64,000 nt of DNA, from positions 42,470,001-42,534,000 of the forward strand of contig OZ024749.1 in the NCBI GenBank assembly GCA_964016885.1, given 5' to 3'. Positions within the stretch are counted from its first letter, which is position 1; every line of letters starts with the position of its first letter. The notes under the pieces were generated by a model, which worked only from the letters and a program-made list of their open reading frames with translations, was not told the DNA's origin and searched no databases. The stretch comes from Eledone cirrhosa. Taxonomy: Eukaryota. The position numbers were made by a program, and so were the translations under genes. Positions 1-16,274 of this stretch are shown piece by piece.

Positions 1-58
<58 letters not shown>

Positions 59-66
59 TATATAGA

Positions 67-125
<59 letters not shown>

Positions 126-511
126 GTGTGCGTGCGTGTATGCATTTATTTATGTATGTATATACAAAAGGATAGAGAGTAAGATAAATAGAGAGATAGG
201 TAGATAGATGTAGATAAATAAATAAATATTTAACTTACCAAAATTACTTTAGGTTAGCACCACCAAATAAAAAATATACTGATATGGATATAAGATATAT
301 ATATAATATATATATAATATATATTCTAAAGATAATATTTATATATATATTATATAAAATTTATATATAATGCATATGATATATATATAAATATATATAT
401 ATATAATGCATATGATATATATATATATATATATATATATAAATTATATAAAATTTATATATAATGCATAAACAAATATATATCTATATATCTTTACACC
501 AGACAGGAAAG

Positions 512-572
<61 letters not shown>

Positions 573-1101
573 TTAATCAATTAATAAATATTAGTAATAA
601 TAATCGCAACCAAAACCATAATTAATTATAATACTAATAATGATAATGATAGTAAAAACGCTACTGATAATAATTGTTTCTATTTTTGGCACAAGGCCAG
701 CAGTTTTTCCCAGTGTATTACTGGTACTTGGAAAGGGTGATGTATGTCAAACAACAGCAGCAAGAAACTCCCAAGTTGTTTTAAGAAGAAATCTATAGAT
801 CCATGAAAGACAGCTGTATGTCTCTGAGGTTACGAGAAAATTACTTTTGTTTTCGTTCTTCGTTTTTCTCAGACGATACTGACCGCCACTTGCTAGAAAG
901 GTTAGTGTGCTTTTTACACCTGTGTCTTCGGAAGCTCATAAGCAACGCTACCTTGTGTTTTGACAAACATACAACAAACGTTATCACCTGTATACCTGCA
1001 TTGGTGATTGGCATTTTTTTTTCTTTTCCTTTCTTTTCTTTTCTTTTCTTATCTTTTCTTTTCTTTTACGGAGGCGTGCCCAACCGTGTGGTTTGTTCAT
1101 A

Positions 1102-1154
1102 CATGTATGTGTCTATGTGTCTATGTGTCTATGTGTCTATGTGTGTATGTGTGT

Positions 1155-1185
<31 letters not shown>

Positions 1186-1309
1186 TGAGTGAGTGAGAAA
1201 GTGTGTGTGAGTGTGAGCGTATGAATGTTTGTGTGCGTGTGTGTGTGAGAGAGAGTGTATGTGTGTGTGTGTGAGCGTATGAATGTTTGTGTGCGTGTGA
1301 AAGAGAAAG

Positions 1310-1349
<40 letters not shown>

Positions 1350-1374
1350 GGATAGATAGAGTGAGAGAGAGAGT

Positions 1375-1452
<78 letters not shown>

Positions 1453-2096
1453 GTTTGTGTGTGTGAACGTATGAATGTTTGTGTGATTGTGAAAGAGACT
1501 GACAGAGAAAGTGTGTGTGTGCGTGTGTATGTATGTGAGTGTGAGAGAGTGAGAGAAAGTGTGTGTATGTATGTGGATGTTTAGTGCGGGTGTTTGTGTG
1601 TCTGTGTGTGTGCGTCTGTATTGTCTGTGTGTATGTATATATGTCTTAGTATGTATATATGTCTGTGTACGTATATATGTCTGTGTATGTATGTATGTCT
1701 GTGTATGTATATATGTCTGTGTATGTATGTATGTCTGTGTATGTATGTATGTCTGTGTATGTATGTATAGGGATGTGTAGAGAGGGTATGTGTGTGCGTT
1801 TCTGTGTATCTCTGTGTATGTGTATCTGTGTGGTGTGTATATATATATATATATTCCTGTGTATGTATGAATATGTGCGTTTGGCTGTGTGCGGCACTGT
1901 GTTTATATCTATTTGTAGTGTGGTGTGTGTGTGTGTGTGTATGTATGTTTTCTTTGTGTACACTTTTGTGCGTTTGTGTATATATGTTTGTATTTGTTTA
2001 TATATGTGCGTGTGTGTGTGTATGAGTCAGTATGTATCTGTATGTTTGTATATGTGCGTGTGTGTGTGTATATGTGTCGGTATGTATCTGTATGTT

Positions 2097-2137
<41 letters not shown>

Positions 2138-2570
2138 CGGTGTGTATCTGTATGTTTGTGTGTGTATATGTGTCAGTATGTATCTGTATGCTTGTATATG
2201 TGTGTGTGTGTATGTGTATGTGTCGGTGTGTATCTGTATGTTTGTAAGTGTGTGTGTGCAAATGAGTGTGTGTGTGTGTCAGTATGTTTGTATATGTGTG
2301 TGTGTGTGTGTGTATGTGTCAGTATGTATCTGTATGTTTGTATGTGTGCGCGTGTGTGTGTGTGGGTGTGTATCTGTATATGTGTGTGTGTGTGTTTCAT
2401 GGACATGTACAGGTGTATTTGGGTGGGTATTTCCTTCATAGCTGTCCCTGCGTATTTACCAATGTCTGGGAATCTCACACATTCTCTTTCCCACTCCCTC
2501 ACACACATACACACACACTTTATAAACACACACACATGCACAGAACCTTCCTCTCTCCTTCTCTCTCTCT

Positions 2571-2615
<45 letters not shown>

Positions 2616-2836
2616 TCCAAACAAACGCACACGCTTCCTCACACACACACACACTCTTTATACACACACACACTCTTTATACACACACACACTCTTTATA
2701 CACACACACACTCTTTATACACACACACAAACACACAAACACACACACTCACTTCCTCTCACACACATACTCTCTCTCTCATATGCACAGTCTTTCTCAC
2801 ACTTTCACACACACACTTTCCCTTTTTTTCTCTCTT

Positions 2837-2884
<48 letters not shown>

Positions 2885-3034
2885 TCCTCTCTCTTTCTGT
2901 CTCTCTTCCAAACACACATACACACACACACACGCACACACTCTCACACACATACTCTTTCTCTCATATGCACGCTGTCTTTCTCACACTTTCACACACA
3001 CACTTTCCCTTTTTTTTCTCTCTTCCAAACACAC

Positions 3035-3083
<49 letters not shown>

Positions 3084-3618
3084 CTCACACATACTCTATC
3101 CTTCATATACACACACATACAGTCTCTCTCACACACATACTCTCTCTCACTCTCACACATACTCTATCCTTCATATACACACACACACAGTCTCTTTCAC
3201 ACACATACTCTCTCTCACACACACTCCTTATCTTTCTCTCCCCACCACTTCGTCTTACTCTCTCCTTCTCTATCACTCTCTTTAATTTTCACTCTCTATA
3301 TAATCTTACTTTTACTCTCTCTCTCCCCCACACCTACACGTGTACTAATGCTTGTGTCCATAGCATTTAATATATGTGTGTTCATGTGTGTTATGTGTGT
3401 GTGTGTATGTATATGTGTGTGTGTGTTTATGTGTGTGTATGTGTGTGTATGTGTATGTGTGTGTGTGTGTGTGTATTTGTTTAAGTAAATGTTTCCTTGA
3501 CTATCTGTATGTATACACACACGCGCGCACACACACACACACATACAGACACACACATACACACACACACACCAACATACATATACACACACATCTATAT
3601 ATATGTGTGCATGGAGAT

Positions 3619-3673
<55 letters not shown>

Positions 3674-3729
3674 ATGGTGGATTTTAAGAGAATGAACTGG
3701 ATTCATGCGCACTTTTATTCACACACCTA

Positions 3730-3811
<82 letters not shown>

Positions 3812-3935
3812 TATAAACGCATGTATGTAATGTCCGAGGCAGATTTCTTATTTAAATTAAGGTGTGTATGTCTGAGAGAGGGAATGAGAGTGTGAGAGGG
3901 AAAGTGAGAGATTGAGAGTAAGTGATAGAGAGAAT

Positions 3936-3967
<32 letters not shown>

Positions 3968-3972
3968 GAGAC

Positions 3973-4012
<40 letters not shown>

Positions 4013-4075
4013 AGAGGAGAGAGAGAGAGGATACATGGGATGGGATAGGAACAAGAAAGGATGTGGAATCAAGAC

Positions 4076-4123
<48 letters not shown>

Positions 4124-4215
4124 GCATATATATATATATGTGTGTGTATGTATATGTATGTATGAACACATACTTGTGTATATATGTGTATATAAGTGCT
4201 TATGTGCGTCTGTGT
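1102..4215. repeat. Compound microsatellite region (GT/CA, GA/CT, GATA, TA, TATG-like)
   Basis: Near-continuous dinucleotide and tetranucleotide runs; ORFs here translate to CV/HT/LS repeats only. Confidence 0.95.
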
Positions 4216-4579
4216 GACTATTTAAGTTTACATTTACACTAAACAAATCAGTGTTGTTGTTTATGTTGTGTCTCTACATGCTCAGAAAACTTCAATCAAC
4301 AGAGATCGATATATCATTGACCTCTGACCCTTGGGTCTATTTGGCGGGGGTCTACACTGCAGAAAACATTCGGACCAGGTCCCCAATTTCACGATACTTT
4401 CATCCCCAAACTTCACCCCTACAATCTCGGAACCCTTGAAAAGGGTCATAGGCATTAGTAGCGAATTAAAGAGAGGAAAGGGTCGGGGATAGCTGACTGG
4501 AATCCAACTAGGAGCTTACAAAATCTAAAAGAGACCCTAATCAATTTTTTTGGGGGGGCTTTATTATACATATAGAAAC

Positions 4580-4960
<381 letters not shown>

Positions 4961-5185
4961 CCACGATAAATTAACGGAGGCACAGGCCCTCGCTATTCCC
5001 TGAGACTAACCCTTTTCTTTCAACAAATTTTTGGTGAAACATATCTTTGGATTTGTACGTGTGTTATAGAGTTATAGAGGTATTTATTTACGCTTTAATT
5101 TATATTTTTAATTATCGTGTCTATAGTCTGCCTTTGATAAGTTATAGATTCCATACACTGGTGGTTTCTTCCCTGCATTATTGAT

Positions 5186-5373
5186 AGTGGATTGACAGAA
5201 TCGGTAGAGTGTCGGACAATATGCATCACAGCATAGAGTTACGGCCTTTTACGATCTGAGTTCAAATCCCGCCGAGGTTAGCTTTGCCTTTCATCCTTAC
5301 GGGGTCGATAAAATAAAGTACCAGTCATGCACTGGGTAATTGCTGGCCTTGTGCCAAAAGTAGAAACAATTAT
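5186..5373 (+). mobile_element. tRNA-derived SINE (family S1, Meta-like core)
   Basis: A-box-like head (TGACAGAATCGG), B box GAGTTCAAATCCC, core GCCTTTCATCCTTACGGGGTCGATAAAATAAAGTACCAG, tail GGCCTTGTGCCAAAAGTAGAAAC(AAT/ATT)n. Confidence 0.85.
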
Positions 5374-5418
5374 TGATAACGCACTGTATCTCTCTCTGGT
5401 GTGTTACCTTTTCAACAT

Positions 5419-5465
<47 letters not shown>

Positions 5466-5644
5466 AGGAGGTGAGTTTTATTGTAGTACAATAAAGCAAT
5501 GCAGATTCCACAAGTGTTTTTTAACCTTCATATCATGTCTTCCTATTTTATCTGATGAAAACACAAATATTATTGCATGATGATATTTGTTTTTGAAATG
5601 CGCATAATAAAATACATGGAACTCTTTTAACCATCTTTTGTTCT

Positions 5645-5711
<67 letters not shown>

Positions 5712-5712
<1 letters not shown>

Positions 5713-6104
5713 GAGGGCAATCCCAAAAGTAAGATCTCCTTCCGATATTGCAACTTTTCCGTTAAAATCCTGTGGATGGTGCTTCGGGAAACCTCAAGAA
5801 CCAAAATGCAGAGAGCATCCAGAGAGATCCGCCGATCTTTACGCATGTTTTCCTCGGAAGGAGACCTTACTTTTGGGATTGCCTTCGTATATAATAACTG
5901 CGCGAAATTCGCACTTGGCAGTAGCGTTCAACGGGAGCTCCATTCTCAACGGCTGCCAAGCCAAGATTGAGCATCCCAGCGAAGCGCGCGCATGCTTGTT
6001 TGGGAGTGAAGGAAGCACCAATCACAACAGTGTTGCCAACAGCCGTATGAACAGTTTCTCTGCGTCTCCATCGCTTTGGAGACCTTACTTTTGGGATTAC
6101 CCTC

Positions 6105-6105
<1 letters not shown>
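5712..6105 (-). mobile_element. Nested, internally deleted mariner remnants
   Basis: Three TIR copies CGAGGG(C/T)AATCCCAAAAGTAAG(G/A)TCTCC (5712 forward; 5860-5887 and 6078-6105 reverse), each next to TA. Minus-strand peptides MELPLNATAKCEFRAVI and RKDRRISLDAL..VSRSTIHRILTEKLQYRK resemble the mariner transposase N-terminus and HTH. Confidence 0.8.
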
Positions 6106-6138
<33 letters not shown>

Positions 6139-6244
6139 AAGGCGGGTAAAATTCCCGAGATCCATGGACGAGTTCTCTCCAGCGGTCTCTGTCCCTCATT
6201 ATCGCTGCCATGTCCTGCGTCTCCAACAGACCAGTGTCTGTCCT

Positions 6245-6298
<54 letters not shown>

Positions 6299-6937
6299 AG
6301 AGACATGTATATATATGTATGTATATATGTAGAAATATATATCTAAGTTTATATATATCTATATAGACACACACACATAAATCTACCTATTTATATATGT
6401 ACATACTAACACATACACTCACATATATTCTTTATTTATATAAATGCTGACGAGAGTGGTGGAATTGAGATAAGCAAGGCAAGGCAAGGCGTTGATGGAA
6501 AATTCACTGACCATCACCACAACCATTCATCGCTTAAGACGTAGACAAAAGAGCAGTCAATATGCCGCTTACGTACTTAGCTGAAACGTGTATTAATGAA
6601 TGACTAGGCGAGAATAGAAAGGACAGTAAAATTGGCAGAAGTTCTTAGGTTCTTGTTATATATCTGTGTCGGGGGTATTTGAAGTGTGAATGCTGTTTGT
6701 CAAATGTTCCGTAGACGAACTCGAAATATTTTAAGTAAATATTAAGAATTTCGTTTACTAATCTTGTCCTCGTTTTCTTAAAGAAACGGGCCAATAGGGC
6801 AATATTTGTTAGGTTTTATACACACAGACACACAGACACACACATACATATACACACATACACACATGTATATACATACATACATATACATACACATGTA
6901 CACACATACATATACACATGCATACATACATGCTTAC

Positions 6938-6973
<36 letters not shown>

Positions 6974-6975
6974 AA

Positions 6976-7024
<49 letters not shown>

Positions 7025-7026
7025 AA

Positions 7027-7066
<40 letters not shown>

Positions 7067-7202
7067 GGGCCCGGGGAAATTGCCCCTCCTTTGCTCTCGC
7101 CATTAAATCCGGCCATGTATGTATATATATACGTATGTGTGTGCATGTATGTACGTTTGTATGTATGTACATGTATATATAAGTATGTGTATGTGTATAA
7201 TA

Positions 7203-7474
7203 ATTATTTCTACTTTTGGCACAAGGCCACAATTATTCCAGCTTATTACTGGTACTTTATTTTATCGACCCCGTAAGGATGAAAGGCAAAGTTAACCTCG
7301 GCGGGATTTGAACTCAAACCATGAAGGGCCGTAACTCTTTGCTGCAAAGCATGGCGTCCGATCCTCTACCGATACTGCCAATCCACCGCATGTATGTATA
7401 ATAATAATAATTGTTTCTACTTTAGGCATAAGGCCAGCAATTGCCCAGTGCATTACTGGTACTTTATTTTATCG
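7203..7474 (-). mobile_element. SINE S1 full copy (7203-7390) plus 3' fragment (7409-7474)
   Basis: Reverse complement of the S1 consensus. Confidence 0.85.
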
Positions 7475-7901
7475 AGAAAAAGATAAATCTATAATATATC
7501 TTACCTAACCGATTCTATTGGAATCCAAGAGTCTAAGTCTGACTATAGAACATGTCTGGAACAAGAGAATGTGACAATCTCTGTAGAATAATCCTCTGCT
7601 ACAACTGACAAGAGAGAATGTCTCGCCATTCAATTTGTTTAACTTACGAATATATTTCCTTCCGTTTTATTCTTCAATTTATTTATTTTTCTTCTTTACT
7701 ATCAATTTTATATTTTTTCTTTTAACTAATAGTGTAAGAATTATCTCGCTTTTTTTGTTTCACTGGGATTTGTAATTAGAGATTTTTTGTGGTTTAATTT
7801 TGATCTTGAAGCAACTAGATAGTTCCTGAAAGATAAAAAAAAAAAAAAAAATGAAATTGAAGAAGTTAGAAAAAAATATTATTAATAAAAGTAAAAGTAA
7901 A

Positions 7902-7954
<53 letters not shown>

Positions 7955-8060
7955 TGAATCAGTAGTTGCCAAACTTTGTTGTTGAACCCTTATAAAATTC
8001 TTCTCAAATCACAGAACTCATAATTATATTTTACTGGCAATCATCACCACCAAATGGGTG

Positions 8061-8237
8061 TCATGGAACTCAGGTTAAGAACGACCTGGGGGCAATTGTA
8101 TTGATAAGGGGACTATATACTGAACTAAATTTGAGCGGTATTTTGTTATGGAACTCAGGTTAAGAACCACCTAGGCTAGAGTATTGATAAGGCGGCTATA
8201 TAATGAACAAAACTTGAGCGGTATCTTTGCTCATGGA
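8061..8237. repeat. Diverged ~85-bp tandem duplication
   Basis: ATGGAACTCAGGTTAAGAAC at 8063 and 8148; GTATTGATAAGG and TTGAGCGGTAT also repeated. Confidence 0.7.
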
Positions 8238-8306
8238 TTCTTGTAAAGACTAAGAACTGCGAGATACAACTCCCCCTCCTATCCTCCATTATGTTTTGCT
8301 CGTAAA

Positions 8307-8691
8307 GGCGGTGGATTGGCAGTATCGGTAGAGGGTCGGACGCCATGCTTTCCAGCATAGTTACGTCCCTTTACGATCTGAGTTCAAATCCCGCCGAGGT
8401 TGACTTTGCCTTTCATCCTTACGGGGTCGATAAAATAAAGTACCAGTGATGCACTGGGTAATTGCTGGCCTTGTGCCTAAAGTAGAAACAATTATGTTTT
8501 GCTCGTATCGGTGAATTGGCAGTATCGGTAGAGGGTCGGACGCTATGCTTTGACGTTTAGAGTAACGGCCCTTGCCATTCTGAGTTCAAATTCCGCCGAG
8601 GTTAACTTTGCCTTTCATCCTTACGGGGTCGATAAAATAAAGTACCAGTAATACACTGGAAATTTCTGGCCCTGTGCCTAACGTAGAAAGA
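8307..8691 (+). mobile_element. Two tandem SINE S1 copies bounded by three copies of a 17-bp target duplication
   Basis: ATTATGTTTTGCTCGTA at 8288, 8491 and 8692 flanking two S1 bodies. Confidence 0.88.
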
Positions 8692-8849
8692 ATTATGTTT
8701 TGCTCGTATGAATGTATGTATCATTTAAGTTTAGGTTTATAAAAAGTTTAACCATTCATATTACAAACACACATATACACACACCTACACACTCATACAC
8801 TCACGCATATATATACACAGACACATATATATGTATAAACATTCACATA

Positions 8850-8899
<50 letters not shown>

Positions 8900-9046
8900 A
8901 TATATATATTTAATAAACTATAATCACATATCCTTTAACTTGAATTATATATATATATATGTAGAGAGAGAAAGAGTCATATATCGTACATATTAAATAT
9001 GTATTAATACCTTATATATATAATGTATATGTATAATAATAATAAT

Positions 9047-9096
<50 letters not shown>

Positions 9097-9954
9097 AGTT
9101 AAATTTTAATCCCATATAAAAGGCTGTTATTTCTAGCACCATGAGTATGGGGATAGCTAGGAGCTGGAAAACCACGTGCGTTACCGCGTGTAAACCAGAC
9201 CTCCAAAATTATTTCGAGGTGAAACATGCTAATTTTCTGGATACCTGTTGATGACCTCAGAAATTGGAATCTTTCACTTTTTTATACTATCGTTGCGAAA
9301 CTTATTTGGATTTTGAAATTTAAATTTGTCCAGGTATCACGATTATTGCCAATATGAGTTTGTTTTTATTGATTTATTATTTTAAATCGAGACAGGCAAA
9401 CTATATTTATTTTAATTAGTATTTTTCAATCTAGCTAACTTGGTCATTTACAATACAAACACTTATGTGTTTATCATATATTAATTTATATTAACTTGTA
9501 TATATATATATATATTTATATATAATTTGTGCGTGTGAATGGAAAGCGAGTAACTAATGGAGTAAGAAAGGATCAAAAGCCGTCATTTGTTTAGTATTCC
9601 ACACAAGTTCTTTCCCTCCTTTTATTCCTATGGAATATCGAAATACATTAAAATCTTATTCAAGTGAGTCACCAACATCTCAATAGCTTCTTATAAAAGT
9701 AGGATAAAATAATTAAACAAACAAAACGTCCCGTTAGATTAAAAGAAAATATAAGCAGTGATACACAAAGTTGTTGACAGTTTCCAGTTGATGTTATTTA
9801 TTGTTTGAGTAAGAGCAGAGTTCAATTAAGCAACCAGACATTGTTATTGTAGATTAGGTTTTATTTTTGTTCTTACCGACTCTATAATAAACGGGGTCAC
9901 AATTGTCAAATAAGTAAAACTTAAGTTATTTTGACCGAACATTCCTGTATTACT

Positions 9955-10267
9955 ATGCTTTACAGCATAGAATTATAGCCCTTTACATTGTGAGTTCAAA
10001 TCCCGTCGAGGTTAACTTTGCCTTTCATCCTTAAAAGGATCGATAAAATAAAGTACCAGTAATACACTGGATAATTGCTGGCCTTGTACCAAAAGTAGAA
10101 ACAATTATTATCACAGCATAAGGATTGTCAGAATCGATAGAAAGTCGGATACCATGCTTTGCAGCATAGAGTTACAGCCCTATACGTTCTGAGTTCAAAT
10201 CCCGCCAAGGTTAGCTTTGCCTTTCATCCTTACGAGGTCGATAAAAATAAAACACCAGTAATGCACT

Positions 10268-10270
<3 letters not shown>
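9955..10270 (+). mobile_element. Two adjacent SINE S1 copies (truncated)
   Basis: B box and Meta-like core each present twice. Confidence 0.8.
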
Positions 10271-10316
<46 letters not shown>

Positions 10317-10615
10317 TTAAGCGATTTTCCCTACCCCAAAATGTGTTGGCCTTGTGTCTAGATCAACGTGGTGGTGGAAGCGGCGGCGGTGGTGGTGTGG
10401 CGGCAGCGGCAGTAGTAGGTAAGAATGGTGCCATTTAGAAAAGGAAATAGCAATGAAATGTATTGTTGATGATTTACAATAGGTGAATGTTATATCAAGT
10501 CATATCACAGTGAGGTGTTATTCCACTGATAACTACGTGTTACACCTAACAAATGGATGAATACTGACCATACGTAGGAAGAAACAGGTTATGGTGAATT
10601 GTCACTATAACCTCG

Positions 10616-11322
<707 letters not shown>

Positions 11323-12448
11323 ATAGCCCGTACGGATAACAGACAAAGCTAACCTCAACAGGATCTGAAGCCAGCACGTAAAAGCTCACAATTCTACGTT
11401 TTAGCTAAATAATATTTACAATTATTTGAAAGCCATTAACAATGTCTTTCATTGGAAACATGACAACAAAATGGTCAAATTATGCACCAAGCACCAGCTT
11501 AATAACCACCAAGTTAGTTATATTACTAAATCCATTCGAATTCTTGTTTACTTTCAAAATGACTTGAAAACCATAGACAGCGTCTTTCATTGGAAACATG
11601 ATAACGAAAGGGTTAATTCTTCTCTAGGCGTTCTTTTGACAAAAGCTTTAGCTTCGTAGTTCTTTATCAAATGAAATATGTACTTAACCCGGGATTAAAC
11701 GGTGAATGCATCTATACATTTACATAAGGCGTCTGTCTAGGAAAGAGAACAAAGATGTTAATAAAGTAGTTTAGTTAATACGAAGCATTGTGAAATATGT
11801 AATAAACGACTGATAAGTTTCAAAGAGCCGGTATAATGCGGTAGAAATATATAAAGGGCAAAGGATGACAAATAAAACAAAATGTTTTACTCAGGATATT
11901 TCGGACCTTATACTCTCTTTTCAAATGTGAAACGGAAACGGTTAAAAAACAAAACAAAAAAAGGAACGATGGATGTGATTTTGCTTAACTGGTCTATGTG
12001 TCTGAAATACGCATACGTGGAGTCGTTATAGAAGCTTGTCTGCTTCGTGCATTTCCAGTCTGTTATTAATCTGTGGCCTTTTCCTGTTGATGGTAATGGC
12101 CCCAATGATTCTTAAGTTACCCACACTCCTTTCTGTCGCCTCTATATCTTTAATGTCCGCTAGGGTGGTGAGTTGGCAGAATTGGTAGAGCGTTGGATAA
12201 CAATGCCATCGTGGTATTGGTTCTGGCTATTTATATTCTCAGTTAAAATGGATCTTGGTTCAGAGCATCAATAATTCAAATTTAAAAGATATATGTAGAG
12301 AGAAACGGCGCTGTAAGGAAATGGCTTTTTCCACCTTAAAGTATGTATATTTTCCTGAATATCATCTGCTTTATATATGTGTACAAAATACTGCGTCTCT
12401 CAAATGATATATGATTCTTTCTATCTCTACATATATCTTTCAAATTTG

Positions 12449-12603
<155 letters not shown>

Positions 12604-12700
12604 GTGAAAGAGTGAAGAATAACATGGTCGGCTGTACAAAAAGGGTTTTATTTACAGTATTAACAATTGTTTCATTGATCAGGTGAGTCTAAGGGCAGTC

Positions 12701-12770
<70 letters not shown>

Positions 12771-12862
12771 TATGGAGCTGGGGTATGTAGGAGGTGAACG
12801 ACTGCCGTAGACGTCGCCTCGCATATCTAAATCAAATATTTATTTAGCGACAACCATAAAAG

Positions 12863-12945
<83 letters not shown>

Positions 12946-13248
12946 GTGTGTGTGTGTGTGTGTGTGTGCGTCCGTGTATTTACCTGTGTAGTAAATCTAA
13001 AAGTCTTGACAGATCATTCATTAGCATGTTTGCTGATGGCCAAAGAAAACCTAACTACATGGCAGTATAACACCTTAATCACATTTATGTAAACTAACTC
13101 CCGAGGCATATGATGTTATTACATACATTACGAATTGATTGAATATTAATGGTTTCACGAATTATTCTTATTACCTTGATTATTTTCCTGAACAGAATCG
13201 CTAGATGGCGCCAGACAAACTATTGGATCAAGTACGTCAGACAAACTA

Positions 13249-13326
13249 TTGGATCAAGTATGAAATTTGTAGAAATTTTTCGAAAAAACCCACCAATTTC
13301 TACAAATTTCATAGTTAATGACCCAA
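13249..13326. mobile_element. ~80-bp palindromic mariner-type MITE (copy 1)
   Basis: TIR TTGG(GTC)ATCAAGTATGAAATTTGTAGAAA, TA-flanked; same family at 16600 and 34436. Confidence 0.75.
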
Positions 13327-14853
13327 TACTTTACAGTATTCTCTTCAAATCATGCAAAGCTACGCTTTACCTGTCCCCCTTCTGAAGTCGATAAAACGTG
13401 TACGATTCGATGGGAGGAAGGGTGATGGAGGGTTGTTATAACCGGCTATATCATGGAAGGGCTTGGACCATAAAACCCAAAATTGACAACCACTAAAGCT
13501 TATAAGACCGAATTTCAAAATATCAAAAAGATTAAAATACCAACAGACTGAAAAATCAAAAATTCTGAAGCTCGAAAACATAATTGCAAGAAAAATTTAT
13601 TAAAAAGAAAAACATTTTAAAAAGATATTTATTTATAATTTCAAAGAAAAAAAGATTTTTTTTTCTAACATTGGCACAAGGCCAGCACATTTTTGGGAAC
13701 TGGGAAGTTTGACTGCTACTTTATTTTATCGACCTCGTTAAGGAAAAATAATAATTGTTTCTACTTTTGGCACAAGGTCAACAATTTGAAGAGAAGGAGA
13801 AAGTCGATTAAATCGACCTCAGTACTTTACTGGTACTTTATTTTATCGACCTTTTTAATAATAATAATTTTTAATAATAATAATAAAATAATAATTGTTT
13901 TTACTTTTGGCCCAATGTCAACAACAATCTGATAAATACATTAAATAGATAAAGATGCTAATATATTGATGAAAACAATCAATAAAACTACCAAAATAAA
14001 TATACAAATACATACCTAAAAGAAAAGTGCATAGATAAAAAAGGTAAGAGATTAAATAAATATAAAATAGCTGACAGAGTATAAGTACTTAAAAGAAATG
14101 TTAATAGGTGAACAGAACAAAATAAATAAATAAATGAATAGGTAAAAATAGCAGAGTAAATGGGTGGTAACAGGGGATGGAAACAACTTGAAACAAATCA
14201 GCTATTTATAAGCTAAATATATATAGAAATAGTGTGTTTTTAGGCAACGAAAATAGGACATCAAATGTTTAAAATAACGATGACAAAGTTTGCCAAAATA
14301 GAACATAGGGGCACATTAGAGAACAAAGAGATAAAGATTATATTCACACACAGAAAAGATGCAATGTTCAGGCAAATCACAGAGGCAACAAATATAAACA
14401 AACTCTAACCAAAATTAAACAGAAAACGAGTGGAATAGCAACATCACAACTAGTAATTAAGGACAAAATGAAGACATACAGACACACACAAAAACAAAAC
14501 TAACAAAACAAATCAGACATCCAGATAGAACAAACAACCAGCTAGTGACAAGTAAATAAACACATAAATAAATAAATAACGCCCCCCCCCACCACCGGAT
14601 GTAACGCATGCGCAAACTAAATACACAACATAAAAACAAGAAGGTGGAGGACAGAAAAAAGGAGAGACACAAAATAAAAACCTAGTCACTGAAGAAGTCA
14701 CAGAATGTGTGACGAAAGAGCTTTGACATATAAACAGCCATCCGGTTATCAAACCAACCAGCCAACCGGAAATTTATAATAAATTGAAGTGAAAATCAAC
14801 AGGTGTGTGTTTCTATTGGCAGCATGAGCCCCCCCCCCCCCCCTCCAAAGTAT

Positions 14854-14891
<38 letters not shown>

Positions 14892-14997
14892 ATAATAATA
14901 AAATTGAAGACTAAAATCCAAAGATTGACTTTGTTAGTTTCAGAAGATCCCGTTAAGGGTGAAAGCAGCGATTCTTTGCTTAAACTTTAATCTGTTA

Positions 14998-15107
<110 letters not shown>

Positions 15108-15149
15108 AGAATTACAATTTAGCTTCAGGCATAGTTGTATACAGATATG

Positions 15150-15730
15150 TATTGGAATAAACAAAGCGTTGGACTTCGCTACCACTTATACCACCGTCGA
15201 TGGTTTAGACAGGGAAATCATCGCTCACTGCCGGAACGACGGAGTTGCCTGGGCAAAGAAGTCTGCATCTTCAGACCTGTTCGACGTTTCCATGGGATCG
15301 TTCGACGGTGCTGACGTATGTGACTTGGTTGGCCTTTTTATCTTAGACATTACGTGTCAGATTCCCGGACTTCCACACGGGAATATACCGTGACGATGGA
15401 CTGACTTTATCGATCCATAAAAGTGGTCAGGACCTCGACCGGTTTAAAAAAGACTTAGCTTCTACTTTCAATGAGTTAGGCCTTAGGATAACAGTAGCCA
15501 CCAACCTCTCTAGCGTAGATTTATTAGACATTAATTTAGACCTTCGCACACACACCCACATACCCTTCCACAAGATAAACGAGAAACTTAATTACATCCA
15601 CAAGGACTCATGCCACCCTCCAACTGTTTTTACAAACTTCGTTAAGAATATCAGTACTAGAATCTCAAACCTCTTCTCTAATAAGGCTATCTTTGACAGA
15701 GCGGCACCCTACTATAACACGGCGTTGAAC
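15150..15730 (+). pseudogene. Penelope-like element (PLE) reverse transcriptase fragment, frameshifted
   Basis: FDVSMGSFDGADVCDLVGLFIL, then after a frameshift near 15380 GIYRDDGL ... LGLRIT ... VDLLDINLDL ... YIHKDSCHPP ... NISTRIS ... FDRAAPYYNTAL. These motifs match the PLE RT and thumb (Naiad/Chlamys-like). Confidence 0.85.
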
Positions 15731-16084
15731 AAACGAGCAACGATGGTTGCTAGACACTACGGCTTAATACGGGATGTTTGTTTACAAACACACCGAGCAT
15801 TATAGTAAATGTTCGGTGAATCCATACGTACATATATATATGTGTGCATGTATGTATATATATATACATACTACTGTACGTCTGTATACATATATGTATG
15901 TACGTGTACATACTTATATTTAAGTAACAGCCGTACTAAGAGTGGGAAATGAAATTTCGTTTCATTTTTTCCGTTTATATATATATATATATTCAAAATA
16001 GGAGGTGCACAGGACAAAGACAATGGAAAATACACCAGAAAGACGGACGTCTGTGGCTGGGCGTGAATGTGCCAATACATACAT

Positions 16085-16141
<57 letters not shown>

Positions 16142-16209
16142 TTCATGATGTTTGTTTTTGAAATGCGCATAATAAAATACATGGAACTCCTTTAACCATC
16201 TTTTGATCT

Positions 16210-16274
<65 letters not shown>

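Noticed and set aside
8307-8395. tRNA gene
   Set aside because: A/B boxes belong to a SINE head and run into the SINE core; no full cloverleaf.
14938-14975. CAGAAGA-TCCC..GGGT-GAAA hammerhead-like remnant (similar half motif at 12657-12682)
   Set aside because: Core mutated, with no clear cleavage triplet or stem I.
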